From Thermocrinis albus DSM 14484 (GTDB taxonomy: Bacteria; Aquificota; Aquificia; Aquificales; Aquificaceae), in NCBI RefSeq assembly GCF_000025605.1, contig NC_013894.1:77529-109528 (forward strand): a stretch of DNA of 32,000 nucleotides, read 5' to 3'. Position 1 is the stretch's first letter, and each line of letters starts with the position of its first letter. The position numbers and the translations under genes are program-made. The notes under the pieces were generated by a model. The model was not told the origin of the DNA and did no database searches. It saw nothing but the letters and a program-made list of their open reading frames with translations. Below, one piece after another: positions 9,601 to 17,872 of the stretch.

Positions 9601-10103
9601 AACCTACCCTCTTTGAGTCTCTCCCTCTTTTCCTCCTTCTGCTTTTTGGAATCGTCACCAAAGTAAAGAAGGTCCTCTTCCTTCAGTCTGAACCTTTCCT
9701 GAAGTTTATGGACCACCTGTTCCACCAAGATACGGGTAGGCAGTATTATGTAAGATCTTTTACCCTCTTTGGCGAGAAAACTGGCCATGGCAAGACCAAA
9801 GGATGTCTTACCTACACCGGTGGGGGCAAGAAGTGCAAAGGAGTGCCCCATAAAGACCCTCTTGGCCCATGTCTTTTGGAGGCTCCAGGGTTTAGAACCT
9901 ACGCATCTTTCAAAATGTTTTTCCCAATCCTCTTCCTTCTTCTCCACGTCACACCATATCCTAAGTTGGCCTTCGGTAAGAAGGTGGCAAGGATCTCCTT
10001 CTTGGGGCATACACCTCTCACAGGGTAATCCCCTCTGCAGTCTATCCGCCCCTATGTCGCCTCCACAGTTGGGACACAGGTTTTTGAAAACAGCACCTAT
10101 CAT
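6672..10103 (-). CDS. rgy: Reverse gyrase
   Basis: 1143 aa. N-terminal Zn finger CPNCGG..CERC. SF2 helicase motifs APTGVGKT, FVDDVD, SSAT, QASGRTSR. C-terminal topoisomerase IA module with Toprim VVESPNKA and DPDTEGE and the catalytic Tyr context ITYHRTDS. Confidence 0.97.
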   Translation of the reverse strand: MIGAVFKNLCPNCGGDIGADRLQRGLPCERCMPQEGDPCHLLTEGQLRIWCDVEKKEEDWEKHFERCVGSKPWSLQKTWAKRVFMGHSFALLAPTGVGKTSFGLAMASFLAKEGKRSYIILPTRILVEQVVHKLQERFRLKEEDLLYFGDDSKKQKEEKRERLKEGRFKVLVTTSMFLYRNYQDIPSGFSFIFVDDVDSFLKTAKNVDKALYLLGFSEEDIDLAMRVIQLKTKRQKTDEDWEKIKEISQKLMEKRGEGVLVVSSATSNPRSNRVKLFRELLGFEVGTPTFYLRNVVDAYQEGTHNFLDWVKRLGGGGLLFVSSDKGKEEVDRVVNILRGEGISAVSYEELKEETLKDFEEGKIQLLVGIASYRNPLARGLDLPHVIRYALFLGVPKIVISLKFETNLSHLLWALSSIRSYIVKKLPQHMQKVDNWISQLRRYQYLTEEFVEERPDLKERLDQLRSQIGEFLSSEELVRIMSESEEITLRKTEEGYQLVVSDATGYLQASGRTSRMYAGGVTKGFSLIFVDDKKAFHHLVKKVRWFSDDINFLPVEGLDVEKIMEEVDADRSNVRAFMKGDVSVSSSDLLKPVLIVVESPNKARTIANFFGKAVRRRVGQHDLLETSVEDRYLMITASLGHVLDLVKEGGFHGVLMEKGVTPMYEVIEGKEYVVESLRRMASESMEVLIATDPDTEGEKIGWDLMQLLKPYNHSIRRMEFHEVTKKAILRALKEPRDINENLVKAQIVRRVSDRWVGFEFSQILQQAFGKSWLSAGRVQTPVLGWIIEREKEYRQKIYKVQVLIRDEKGRLKLELDFEDRKTAEAFFKELSYIEVTVKDQKEELRNPPPPFRTDTLLKEASDRYRFSLPKTMALAQTLFELGFITYHRTDSVRVSDYGMSIAREYIEEELGKEYVHTRQWGEGGAHECIRPTRPLEPEELRSMVLSGQVEGLTKEHILLYELIFRRFMASQTRAVKVKVKDVVIKALDRSVELSLVTDVLQDGWNKFLDLELNPDIPPRLDVRELKQMKKQPKAYLYTHGELVQEMKRRGIGRPSTYATIVEKLLERGYVIEKRGFLIPTKLGKKVYEYLRKREEIKAFLSEDFTRRLEEVMDRVEEGKADYEEVLKGLYRDIIKVEAIMEVTR

Positions 10104-10107
10104 AAGA

Positions 10108-10120
10108 GTATTAATAATAC
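10108..10120. promoter_or_regulatory. 13-bp AT-rich palindrome GTATTA-A-TAATAC, 5 nt upstream of the reverse gyrase ATG. Contains -10-like hexamers on the minus strand.
   Basis: Read directly. The minus strand reads gtgTATTATTAATACTCTT-ATG. There is no Shine-Dalgarno between it and the start codon. Confidence 0.3.
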
Positions 10121-10142
10121 ACCCTTTTCCACCTACTTACGT

Positions 10143-10148
10143 TATAGT
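10143..10148 (+). promoter_or_regulatory. -10-like hexamer TATAGT, 8 nt upstream of the ATG at 10157
   Basis: Lies in the 53-nt divergent spacer between rgy and the 69-aa ORF. No SD in the spacer taaaaagt. Confidence 0.35.
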
Positions 10149-10156
10149 TAAAAAGT

Positions 10157-10366
10157 ATGGAGAAGGTTAGAGCTTTTGCAGTGGATATAGAGGGTACACC
10201 TCAGGAGATCACCAGAAGGCTCAACGAGGTCCTCTCCGGTATAGAGGAGGAGGGTGGAAGAATTTTGGACGTGAAGGTGACCTTTGCCAGGGAGCACGGC
10301 ATAGACGGTTATATAGTTCTTTACACCATCCTGTATAGTACCCAGAAAGCTTTGCCAGAAGAGTGA
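10157..10366 (+). CDS. Hypothetical small protein (69 aa)
   Basis: Clean ATG-to-TGA ORF that fills the gap between the rgy promoter region and rpmB. The amino-acid composition looks protein-like. I recognise no motif. Confidence 0.5.
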   Translation: MEKVRAFAVDIEGTPQEITRRLNEVLSGIEEEGGRILDVKVTFAREHGIDGYIVLYTILYSTQKALPEE

Positions 10367-10372
10367 TATAAT
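10364..10372 (+). promoter_or_regulatory. Consensus extended -10 promoter element TGaTATAAT for rpmB
   Basis: TGATATAAT is read directly; its TGA is the stop of the 69-aa ORF. GGAGGTG Shine-Dalgarno at 10384-10390 lies 5 nt before the rpmB ATG at 10396. Confidence 0.5.
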
Positions 10373-10395
10373 TTTAGCCTTCCGGAGGTGGAAAG

Positions 10396-10596
10396 ATGGC
10401 AAGGTGCTTTGTGTGTGGCAAGACCACCAAGATAGGAAGAAGCGTTACTTTCTCTGCTGAGAGAAACCCAAGGAAGTTTAAAGCCAACCTTCACAGGATA
10501 AGGGTGAGACTGGAAGATGGTTCTGTAAAAAGGGTCTATGTGTGTGCCAAGTGCATAAAGGCCGGTAAAGTTCAAAAAGTGGTACGTACAGGATGA
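10396..10596 (+). CDS. rpmB: 50S ribosomal protein L28
   Basis: 66 aa. MARCFVCGKTTKIGRSVTFSAERNPRKFKANLHRIRV is the typical L28 N-terminus. It also has the CxxC..CxxC form. Confidence 0.95.
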   Translation: MARCFVCGKTTKIGRSVTFSAERNPRKFKANLHRIRVRLEDGSVKRVYVCAKCIKAGKVQKVVRTG

Positions 10597-10597
10597 T

Positions 10598-11761
10598 ATG
10601 TCCATCAGATTTCTGACAGCGGGGGAATCTCACGGACAGGCCTTAGTTTGTATACTGGAAGGTATACCGGCCAACTTGGAGCTGTCGGCGGAGGACATAA
10701 ACCGAGACCTGAGGAGAAGACAGAAGGGTTACGGCAGAGGAGGGAGGATGAAAATAGAGCAGGACCAGGTGGAGATTCTGTCAGGTGTGAGATTCGGAAA
10801 GACTACGGGAGCACCTATAGCCCTCCTCATAAAGAACAGAGACTGGGAGAACTGGAAGGAGAAGATGGCGGTGGAAGGAGAAAGGCCATCGTCAGCAGTA
10901 CCCTTCACGCGCCCCAGACCTGGTCATGCCGACTTAGCGGGTGGTATAAAGTACAACCAACGTGATCTGAGGAACATTCTGGAAAGAGCTTCGGCACGCG
11001 AAACCGCCTGCAGATGCGCCGTAGGAGCGGTTTGCAAAAAGTTTCTGCAGGAACTGGGTATAAAGGTGGGTAGTTATGTGGTCAGTATAGGATCCCTCAG
11101 CCCACCCATCCAGGAAGAGGATCTGGAGAAGCGCCACCTTCTGGCAGAAGAATCGGTGGTGAGGTTTCCGGACCCCACCAAAGATCCTCTCTTTATGGAG
11201 CTTATAGATGAGGCGAAGCAGATGGGAGAAAGTTTAGGTGGTGTGTTTGAGGTGTTTGCCTTGAACGTACCACCGGGTCTTGGTAGTCATACCCAGTGGG
11301 ACAGAAGGATAGATGGGAGAATTGCCCAGGCTATGATGAGCATCCAGGCCATAAAGGGGGTAGAGATAGGGTTGGGTTTTGAGGCTGCCAAACGGAAAGG
11401 TTCACAGGTACACGACGAGATAGGGTGGGACCCAGAGAGAGGCTTTTTTAGATACACTAACCACTTGGGTGGAACGGAGGGTGGTGTCACCAACGGTATG
11501 CCCATCCTGGTGAGGTGTGCCATGAAACCCATACCCACCCTGGCCAGACCTCTCAGAAGTGTGGACATACAAACCAAGGAGGAGGTAAGTGCGGGTAAAG
11601 AGCGTACCGACGTGGTGGCGGTTCCTGCCGCATCTGTGGTAGGAGAAGCCATGTTGGCCTTTGTGGTAGCACAGGCTCTTTTGGAGAAACTGGGTGGCGA
11701 TTTTATGGAAGAGATAAAGGAGAGGTACGCGAGGTATCTGGAGTATGTTAAGAGTTTTTGA
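10598..11761 (+). CDS. aroC: Chorismate synthase
   Basis: 387 aa. N-terminal FLTAGESHGQAL, plus RPGHADL and other AroC signature stretches. Confidence 0.95.
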   Translation: MSIRFLTAGESHGQALVCILEGIPANLELSAEDINRDLRRRQKGYGRGGRMKIEQDQVEILSGVRFGKTTGAPIALLIKNRDWENWKEKMAVEGERPSSAVPFTRPRPGHADLAGGIKYNQRDLRNILERASARETACRCAVGAVCKKFLQELGIKVGSYVVSIGSLSPPIQEEDLEKRHLLAEESVVRFPDPTKDPLFMELIDEAKQMGESLGGVFEVFALNVPPGLGSHTQWDRRIDGRIAQAMMSIQAIKGVEIGLGFEAAKRKGSQVHDEIGWDPERGFFRYTNHLGGTEGGVTNGMPILVRCAMKPIPTLARPLRSVDIQTKEEVSAGKERTDVVAVPAASVVGEAMLAFVVAQALLEKLGGDFMEEIKERYARYLEYVKSF

Positions 11762-12482
11762 GGAGGTGGGGAAGGCCGCTCTCCTCACTTTCTTGGGTAT
11801 ATACTTCCTCTTTAGAAATCCCCCCAGACTTTATCACTTTGTAAAACAACTGGCTTATCTGGGAGCGGAGACGGTACCTGTGGTGGTGATCACATCCCTC
11901 TTCTCGGGAGGTGTCATAGCTCTGCAAACTTACTCCACTTTCCACCGATTCAACGCAGAGTTTCTCATAGGGGCTGTGGTGGCTCTCTCCATGTTCCGAG
12001 AACTGGGACCGGTACTCACAGCTCTTATGGTAACGGCACGTGTAGGGTCTGCTATGACGGCCAGCATAGGCACCATGCGTATAACGGAACAGATAGACGC
12101 TTTAGAGGTGATGGGTATGAACCCTGTAAGCTATTTGGTGACACCCCGAATAGTGGCTGGTGTTCTCGGGCTTCCCCTCCTTACGATAATATCCGACGTG
12201 GCAGGAATACTGGGAGGATGGTTTGTGGCGGTTGGACTCTTCGGTGTTAACAACCACCTCTTTTGGGAAAGGATGAGGGATCTTGTGGAGTTTTATGATT
12301 TTGTGGGTGGTCTTTACAAGGCTGTTTTCTTTGGTCTCGTAGTTTCTGCGGTAAGTTGTTACTTCGGTTTTTACACGAAAGGAGGAACAGAGGGGGTTGG
12401 AAGAGCCACCACCTCCAGCGTGGTAACCTCTTCCATGCTGGTACTGATATCCGACTACTTTTTAACAGCCATAATTTTCTAA
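11745..12482 (+). CDS. mlaE: MlaE/YrbE-family ABC transporter permease
   Basis: 245 aa polytopic membrane protein. Contains the family-typical RELGPVLTALMVTARVGSAMTASIGTMRITEQIDALEVMG segment. No MlaF or MlaD partner is adjacent. Confidence 0.85.
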   Translation: MLRVFEEVGKAALLTFLGIYFLFRNPPRLYHFVKQLAYLGAETVPVVVITSLFSGGVIALQTYSTFHRFNAEFLIGAVVALSMFRELGPVLTALMVTARVGSAMTASIGTMRITEQIDALEVMGMNPVSYLVTPRIVAGVLGLPLLTIISDVAGILGGWFVAVGLFGVNNHLFWERMRDLVEFYDFVGGLYKAVFFGLVVSAVSCYFGFYTKGGTEGVGRATTSSVVTSSMLVLISDYFLTAIIF

Positions 12483-12488
12483 CATAAC

Positions 12489-12860
12489 ATGAAGGCCATA
12501 ATAGATGACCTGAGAAAGCGTTCCCAAACTGCGGCGGTGCTGGTGGAAGGGAAGAGGGACAAAGAAGCTCTTTTGAAACTGGGGGTTGGCAACATAATAA
12601 CTTTGGAGGGGAAGAGGCTTACCGATCTTCCCGACCTTCTGGAAAACTTCAGACACGTTATATCTATGGTGGACCTTGATCCTCAAGGCGAGAAACTTCA
12701 CCGTAAACTGAGGGACCTTCTCACATCTCAGGGATATATTTTTATAGAGGACATACGCGAGAGGTTGAGAGAATGGGGCGTGATCTATATGGAGGAGCTT
12801 TATGAAAAAGTCAGAAGTGCTGATGTCTCTCCTGACGCAGGACAGGGTGATAAGGTTTAA
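12489..12860 (+). CDS. Stand-alone mini-Toprim domain protein (RNase M5 / small-primase-like)
   Basis: 123 aa. Toprim Glu in AVLVEGKRDKEAL and the DxD block in ISMVDLDPQGEKLHRKL, which resembles the RNase M5 DPDxxGExIR block. There is no fused ATPase, Zn finger or helicase. Confidence 0.7.
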   Translation: MKAIIDDLRKRSQTAAVLVEGKRDKEALLKLGVGNIITLEGKRLTDLPDLLENFRHVISMVDLDPQGEKLHRKLRDLLTSQGYIFIEDIRERLREWGVIYMEELYEKVRSADVSPDAGQGDKV

Positions 12861-13299
12861 CATAGACATGCTGGAGGGTCTTTTGGGGGAGATAAAGGGG
12901 GACATGGAGGAGGCCAGAGTTCTCGTAGAGTCCTGTTTGGAGGAAGGTGAGAAGGAGAGGATCTCAAAACGCCTTTCAGAGTTTGAGAAGAACTTCGTGA
13001 GTCTGCTCTCAGAAGTTTTGGATTACATATACGATCTTTACGAGATCTTCAACTTTGACATAACTTTTCTGGCGGCTATACCCGAGGAGCTTCAGAGGGA
13101 GATAGAGAGGCTGGACGTGGTAGGTTCCATAAACGCACGGCTGGAGCATCTGATGAACACCTTGGATCAACTCCTTACGGAAGAGGACGAAAGAATAAAG
13201 GCTATACTCACACCCTTCCTCGTGTACAGAGAGGTTATACAGCAGGCTATGAGTTTTAACCGCAAGTTTGATCTGCAGAACCTTCAGAGGATAGGATAA
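12802..13299 (+). CDS. Hypothetical acidic helical protein (165 aa)
   Basis: Strong SD GGAGGAG at 12791-12797, 4 nt before ATG 12802. This start implies a 59-nt overlap with the Toprim gene. The alternative ATG 12868 has no SD. No recognisable motif. Confidence 0.55.
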   Translation: MKKSEVLMSLLTQDRVIRFNIDMLEGLLGEIKGDMEEARVLVESCLEEGEKERISKRLSEFEKNFVSLLSEVLDYIYDLYEIFNFDITFLAAIPEELQREIERLDVVGSINARLEHLMNTLDQLLTEEDERIKAILTPFLVYREVIQQAMSFNRKFDLQNLQRIG

Positions 13300-13969
13300 G
13301 TTCGTAAAGTTTTTTGGCAGACTCCTGTTCTGCCTCCTTCTTACTTTTTCCCTTGCCCACAGCCCTGTAAGAACCTACCTGACACTCCACCTCAAAGATT
13401 CTGTTGTGGTGTGGCCCTTCCGTACCTATAAGACGGTAAGTGGGTCTTGTTTTCCACAGGTGTTGGGTGAGTTCTTGTAGTAAAGTCTTGTAATCCTTTC
13501 GGTAACTTCCTTCCTTCACCACCTGTAATATCCGCTCACCGTAGTTCTTAAAAAAGAGATCCCTAGTGGTGTTTAGATCTCTGCCTGTGTCCATGTATAT
13601 GGCTCCCCACAGAGCTTCAAAGACATCGGCCAGTATGGAACTACTTATGTTTTTTCTCCTACGCTCCATCTTTATAAGAGACTCTAAACCTAGTTCTTGG
13701 GATAACTGACTCAGAAAATCCTCACTGACGAAAAAGGCCTTCATTATGGCCAACTGTCCTTCTCTACTTTGGGGAAAGTTCTGGAGTAAAAGATCCACCA
13801 CAAAGAGGTTTATTAAAGCATCTCCTAAGAACTCTAGGACTTCGTAACTTCTTCTACCAACGGCCACCGATCTGTGGGTGAGAGCTTCCTCCAGGAGAGA
13901 AGGATCTCTGAAGGAGTATCCTAGAACCTTTTCTATTACCTTAGAGCTTTCTGAAAACGAGGCACGCAT
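13256..13969 (-). CDS. rnc: Ribonuclease III
   Basis: Signature LEFLGDA, with the catalytic region ALTHRS...[11 protein letters not shown]-terminal dsRBD ([30 protein letters not shown]). ATG 13969 is preceded by GGTGG; GTG 13978 is also possible. It overlaps the fabF 3' end. Confidence 0.92.
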   Translation of the reverse strand: MRASFSESSKVIEKVLGYSFRDPSLLEEALTHRSVAVGRRSYEVLEFLGDALINLFVVDLLLQNFPQSREGQLAIMKAFFVSEDFLSQLSQELGLESLIKMERRRKNISSSILADVFEALWGAIYMDTGRDLNTTRDLFFKNYGERILQVVKEGSYRKDYKTLLQELTQHLWKTRPTYRLIGTEGPHHNRIFEVECQVGSYRAVGKGKSKKEAEQESAKKLYELILSSEGSADQTCG

Positions 13970-15179
13970 TAGTTCCACCGAAACCGAAGGAGTTAGAAAG
14001 GGCTACGTTCACCTCCTTCTGTACAGCCACCATAGGGGTGTAGTCCAAATCACACTCAGGATCCGGGTTTTCCAGATTTATGGTGGGAGGGATTATACCT
14101 GTCTGGATGGTTTTAACGGTAGCTACAGCCTCCACCGCACCGGCGGCTCCTAAAAGGTGTCCTATCATGGACTTATTGGAGCTTATCTTGAGCCGGTAGG
14201 CATGTTCTCCAAACAGTCTTTTTATGGCGTAAGTCTCCACCTTGTCGTTGAGGGGAGTGGAAGTACCGTGAGCGTTGATGTAATCCACCTCGTGGGGTGG
14301 TATGCCCGCGTCCTCAAGAGCCAACTTCATACACATGTAGGCTCCCTCTCCGTCACCACAAGGTGCCGTTATGTGGTAGGCATCGTCGGTGGCTCCGTAT
14401 CCTACCAGCTCTGCGTAAATCTTAGCACCTCTGGCTTTGGCATGCTCATACTCTTCCAGTACCAGTATTCCTGCACCTTCTCCCATCACAAAACCGTCTC
14501 TATCTTTGTCAAAAGGTCTGGATGCCTTTTGAGGCTCGTCATTACGGGTGGAGAGGGCCTTCATGGAGGCAAATCCGGCCACACCTAAGGGCGTTATGGC
14601 GCTCTCACAGCCACCTGCTATGGCCACATCCACATCACCCCTCTGGATAAGCCTCATAGCATCTCCTATAGCGTGGTTTCCTGTAGCGCAGGCAGATACC
14701 ACGCAGTAGTTAGGCCCTTTAAAACCGTATCTTATGGCTATGAGACCTGAAGCCATGTTGGATATACCGTAAGGTATGAAAAAGGGAGACACACGCCTTG
14801 GACCTTTTTCCATCAGAACTTTCTGCTGCTCCTCTATGTCCCTTAAACCCCCTATACCCGTACCCACTATGACGGCAACGCGATAAGGATCAAAGGACGA
14901 CTCCAGAAGACCGCTGTCCTTCAGAGCCTCCTCCGCAGCCGCTACCGCAAACTTTATGAAGTCTGACACCTTCTGGGCATCTTTTTTGTCAAAGTAAAGC
15001 TCCGGATTAAAGTCTTTAACTTCCGCCGCTATATGAACCGACAGACCTATCTCTTCGGGATCAAAGCGTCTTATCCTATCAACACCGCTGACACCGGAGA
15101 CCAAATTGTTCCAAAATTTGTCAACGCCGGTACCTATGGGGCTCACCACCCCAAGGCCCGTCACTACAACTCTGCGCAT
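13941..15179 (-). CDS. fabF: 3-oxoacyl-ACP synthase II
   Basis: 412 aa. Active-site context VSACATG, the HGTSTP and GHLLGAAG motifs, and a C-terminal [10 protein letters not shown]. Confidence 0.95.
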   Translation of the reverse strand: MRRVVVTGLGVVSPIGTGVDKFWNNLVSGVSGVDRIRRFDPEEIGLSVHIAAEVKDFNPELYFDKKDAQKVSDFIKFAVAAAEEALKDSGLLESSFDPYRVAVIVGTGIGGLRDIEEQQKVLMEKGPRRVSPFFIPYGISNMASGLIAIRYGFKGPNYCVVSACATGNHAIGDAMRLIQRGDVDVAIAGGCESAITPLGVAGFASMKALSTRNDEPQKASRPFDKDRDGFVMGEGAGILVLEEYEHAKARGAKIYAELVGYGATDDAYHITAPCGDGEGAYMCMKLALEDAGIPPHEVDYINAHGTSTPLNDKVETYAIKRLFGEHAYRLKISSNKSMIGHLLGAAGAVEAVATVKTIQTGIIPPTINLENPDPECDLDYTPMVAVQKEVNVALSNSFGFGGTNACLVFRKL

Positions 15180-15415
15180 CAGCTCTTAACTCTCTCCTTC
15201 AGATAGTTGATGACATCTCCTACTGTTCTTATTTTTTCTGCATCCTCATCGGGGATCTCTATACCGAACTCCTCCTCAAAGGCCATGATGAGTTCTACCA
15301 CGTCAAGGGAGTCGGCACCCAGGTCCTCCACAAAGCTGGCTTCTGGTGTAAGTTTGTCCACCTCAACGCCTAACTGGTCGGCTATTATCTCCTTTACTCT
15401 GTTTTCGAGATCCAT
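15179..15415 (-). CDS. acpP: Acyl carrier protein
   Basis: 78 aa from ATG 15415, with GGAGG 7 nt upstream. Phosphopantetheine site LGADSLD. The stop overlaps the fabF ATG (TGATG). The 15-codon N-terminal extension in the track is rejected. Confidence 0.95.
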   Translation of the reverse strand: MDLENRVKEIIADQLGVEVDKLTPEASFVEDLGADSLDVVELIMAFEEEFGIEIPDEDAEKIRTVGDVINYLKERVKS

Positions 15416-15444
15416 CCTATACCTCCTCGTGTGAAGTGGTGGGA

Positions 15445-15454
15445 TATAATTATA
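15445..15454. promoter_or_regulatory. Perfect palindrome TATAATTATA, giving a consensus TATAAT -10 box on both strands (divergent acpP and pyrD promoters)
   Basis: Read directly in the 44-nt acpP/pyrD spacer. On the plus strand TATAAT (15445-15450) is 9 nt from the pyrD ATG. On the minus strand TATAAT (15454-15449) is about 33 nt from the acpP ATG, which has its own SD. Confidence 0.45.
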
Positions 15455-15459
15455 GCACA

Positions 15460-16392
15460 ATGCAGGATCTTTCCATAGAACTTTGGGGTATCCGTTTTAA
15501 AAACCCCGTATGGGTAGCCTCCGGCACCTTCGGTTACGGTCTTGAGGCCTCCGAGATATACGATGTGTCCTCTCTCGGTGCTGTTGTTACCAAGGGTATA
15601 TCTTTAAGACCGCGTGAAGGGAATCCTCCCCAGAGGATAGCGGAAACCCCCTGTGGTATGCTCAACTCCATAGGTCTTCAGAACCCGGGTGTGGAGGGTT
15701 TTCTTCTCCACATATACCCTCGCATAGAAAAGATAGACACCCACTTTATAGTCAACGTGTTTGGGGAAACGGAAGAGGAGTACTTGGAGGTCTGTTTGGC
15801 CCTTGAGGACAGGCCCAAGATAGTGGCCTACGAGCTTAACGTTTCCTGTCCCAACGTCAAGAAAGGTGGTATGTTATTCGGTCACGATACTAAGGTACTG
15901 TCTCGTCTTGTGGAGAGGGTGAAGGCAAAGGTAAGAAAACCTGTTCTGGTAAAACTGTCTCCCAACGTGGGGGATATAAGGACCTTTGCCCGTGTCTGTG
16001 TGGAGAGTGGTGCGGATGGGCTCGTAGCCATAAACACCTTGGTGGGCATGAAGATAGACGTACGCTCCGGTAAACCTGATCTTTCCACCTTCGTGGGTGG
16101 ACTTTCGGGACCTGCCATACTCCCCATAGCGGTGAGGATTGTTTGGGAGGTGTTCCAAGAGGTAAGAGGTAGTGTTCCCGTTATAGGAGTGGGAGGTATC
16201 TATGATACAGACTCAGCTTTGCAACACATTCTGGCCGGAGCCAGTGCCGTACAGGTGGGTACAGCTAACTTCTTTGATCCCAAATGTCCCCTTCGTATAA
16301 TAGAGGGGATAAAGTCCTACATGGAGAGTAAAAAGGTAAAGTCCTTCAATCAGCTGGTGGGACGCGCCCACGGTATAGGCGTACTTTCGTAA
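15460..16392 (+). CDS. pyrD: Dihydroorotate dehydrogenase, class 1 catalytic subunit
   Basis: 310 aa from ATG 15460. Contains [24 protein letters not shown] and the active-site Cys context ELNVSCPN. Confidence 0.92.
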   Translation: MQDLSIELWGIRFKNPVWVASGTFGYGLEASEIYDVSSLGAVVTKGISLRPREGNPPQRIAETPCGMLNSIGLQNPGVEGFLLHIYPRIEKIDTHFIVNVFGETEEEYLEVCLALEDRPKIVAYELNVSCPNVKKGGMLFGHDTKVLSRLVERVKAKVRKPVLVKLSPNVGDIRTFARVCVESGADGLVAINTLVGMKIDVRSGKPDLSTFVGGLSGPAILPIAVRIVWEVFQEVRGSVPVIGVGGIYDTDSALQHILAGASAVQVGTANFFDPKCPLRIIEGIKSYMESKKVKSFNQLVGRAHGIGVLS

Positions 16393-17872
16393 AGATGTGG
16401 TCCAGAAGAAGGTACAGTATGGGGAGACTCCCTAAAAGTCCCCACACACCTGCCATAAGGAATGTCTCCTTAAAGGCATCGGAATAAGAGTAAAGGCTTT
16501 GAACCTGATACAGGAAGGCCTGTGCCTTCTCCTGGGGAAGCCAAAAGTAACCGCTCAGTTCCTCCAGAAAGTGTCCTACCAATTGGTGATTCTGTATCTC
16601 GGTAGTTCTCTGAAAGTTCTCCCACATGAATCTCTGAAGATCGTTGGTGGCTATGGCTGTACCGAAGGAGCCTCCCACGAACCTCACGTAATGCATCAAA
16701 CTTACTCCCACCGTTACCTTATCACCCAACTTTTTGAGAGCCAGGTTAGTGACAGGTGCAAAGAAAAAGCCCATACCTATACCTAAAAGGATCAAGTAAA
16801 GGGAGGCCTTCCAGGTAGGAGTAAAGAGGTCCAATTGAGGCAGCAGAAAGAAGGAAGAGAAAAGATAAAGGCTGACCGCTACGTAGAGGGGGAGTCGGTC
16901 GGATTTTCTGTCACTTATCGCACCAGCTATGGGAGAAGAGATACCTATGGAGAGGGCAAGGGGGAGTATGTGGAGACCTGTGTGAAAAGTACTTATTCCC
17001 TTCAGATTCTCAAAGTAAAGGGGAAGTATGTAGAAGACCTGATACATAGAGAAACCTAAAAGGAGGAAGTACACCAAAAGAGATACCAAAAACTCTTTGA
17101 TTTTAAAGAGGGCTGGATCTACAAGCTTGTGGTGGGAGATTATCTCCCACAAGAGGAACAGGAGAAATCCCAAAATACTGAGAAGGGTAAGGTAACCTAT
17201 CGTGTCGGAAGAAAACCATCCCATCTGCTGCCCTTTGGAGAGAACCACCAGAAGGTTTACCGTACCCATGGAGAGAAACAGAAAGGAAAACCAGTTCATT
17301 CTGGTATGACGAGTTTTGGGAAACTCTCTGAGGAAGAAAGTAGCCATAAAGGTGTTGAGGATACCTATGGGTACGTTGATGTAAAAGACCCAACGCCAGC
17401 TTAGATGTTCTGTTATCCATCCACCCAGCGTGGGACCTAAGGCAGGAGCAAAACTAACACCCAGTCCGTAGATACCCATGGCGAGACCTCTCTTTTCGGG
17501 AGGATAAGAGGTAAAGAGCATGGCTTCTGCACTGACCACTATGAGAGCCTCTCCGAAACCTTGTAGTATCCTTGCCAGTATCATCTCCGCCAAGCTACCC
17601 GAGTTGCCTGCGTAAGCGGAGGAGGAGGTGAACAGTACAAGACCCAACAGGAACACCTTTTTGAGTCCAAGATAGGACTCCAGCCATTCCACCAACATTA
17701 TGCCGGTGGCTGCCGCCGTCATGTAGGAGGTAACCACCCACTGCACGCCGTAAAGATCCGTGGAAAGAGGTGCCATCATACGTGGTACTACTATGTCCAC
17801 TATAGTGGTGTCCAGTATGGCCATAAAGACACCTGTCATCACTATGATGGTCAGAAGCAGATTTTCCCTCAT
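16346..17872 (-). CDS. MFS drug efflux transporter, 14-TMS EmrB/QacA (DHA2) type
   Basis: 508 aa, about 14 hydrophobic segments. N-terminal LDTTIVDIVVPRM and the GxLxDRxGRK-like loop (AGAISDRKSDR). It lies downstream of an EmrA-like adaptor. Confidence 0.9.
   Translation of the reverse strand: MRENLLLTIIVMTGVFMAILDTTIVDIVVPRMMAPLSTDLYGVQWVVTSYMTAAATGIMLVEWLESYLGLKKVFLLGLVLFTSSSAYAGNSGSLAEMILARILQGFGEALIVVSAEAMLFTSYPPEKRGLAMGIYGLGVSFAPALGPTLGGWITEHLSWRWVFYINVPIGILNTFMATFFLREFPKTRHTRMNWFSFLFLSMGTVNLLVVLSKGQQMGWFSSDTIGYLTLLSILGFLLFLLWEIISHHKLVDPALFKIKEFLVSLLVYFLLLGFSMYQVFYILPLYFENLKGISTFHTGLHILPLALSIGISSPIAGAISDRKSDRLPLYVAVSLYLFSSFFLLPQLDLFTPTWKASLYLILLGIGMGFFFAPVTNLALKKLGDKVTVGVSLMHYVRFVGGSFGTAIATNDLQRFMWENFQRTTEIQNHQLVGHFLEELSGYFWLPQEKAQAFLYQVQSLYSYSDAFKETFLMAGVWGLLGSLPILYLLLDHIFTKVRLYRGRVPPAD

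Noticed and set aside
9708-10170. Plus-strand ORFs (106 and 133 aa) overlapping the reverse gyrase N-terminus.
   Set aside because: They are antisense to the Zn-finger and Walker A region of rgy, and the translations are not protein-like.
10648-10965. A 105-aa alternative-frame ORF inside aroC.
   Set aside because: It is on the same strand, out of frame with a well-supported CDS. It is Gly/Arg/Glu-rich and low in complexity, which is typical of an off-frame artefact.
12462-12905. A 147-aa minus-strand ORF covering the Toprim gene.
   Set aside because: The plus-strand frame carries the Toprim E...DxD signature and fits the operon. The antisense product has no motif and would collide with the flanking plus-strand genes.
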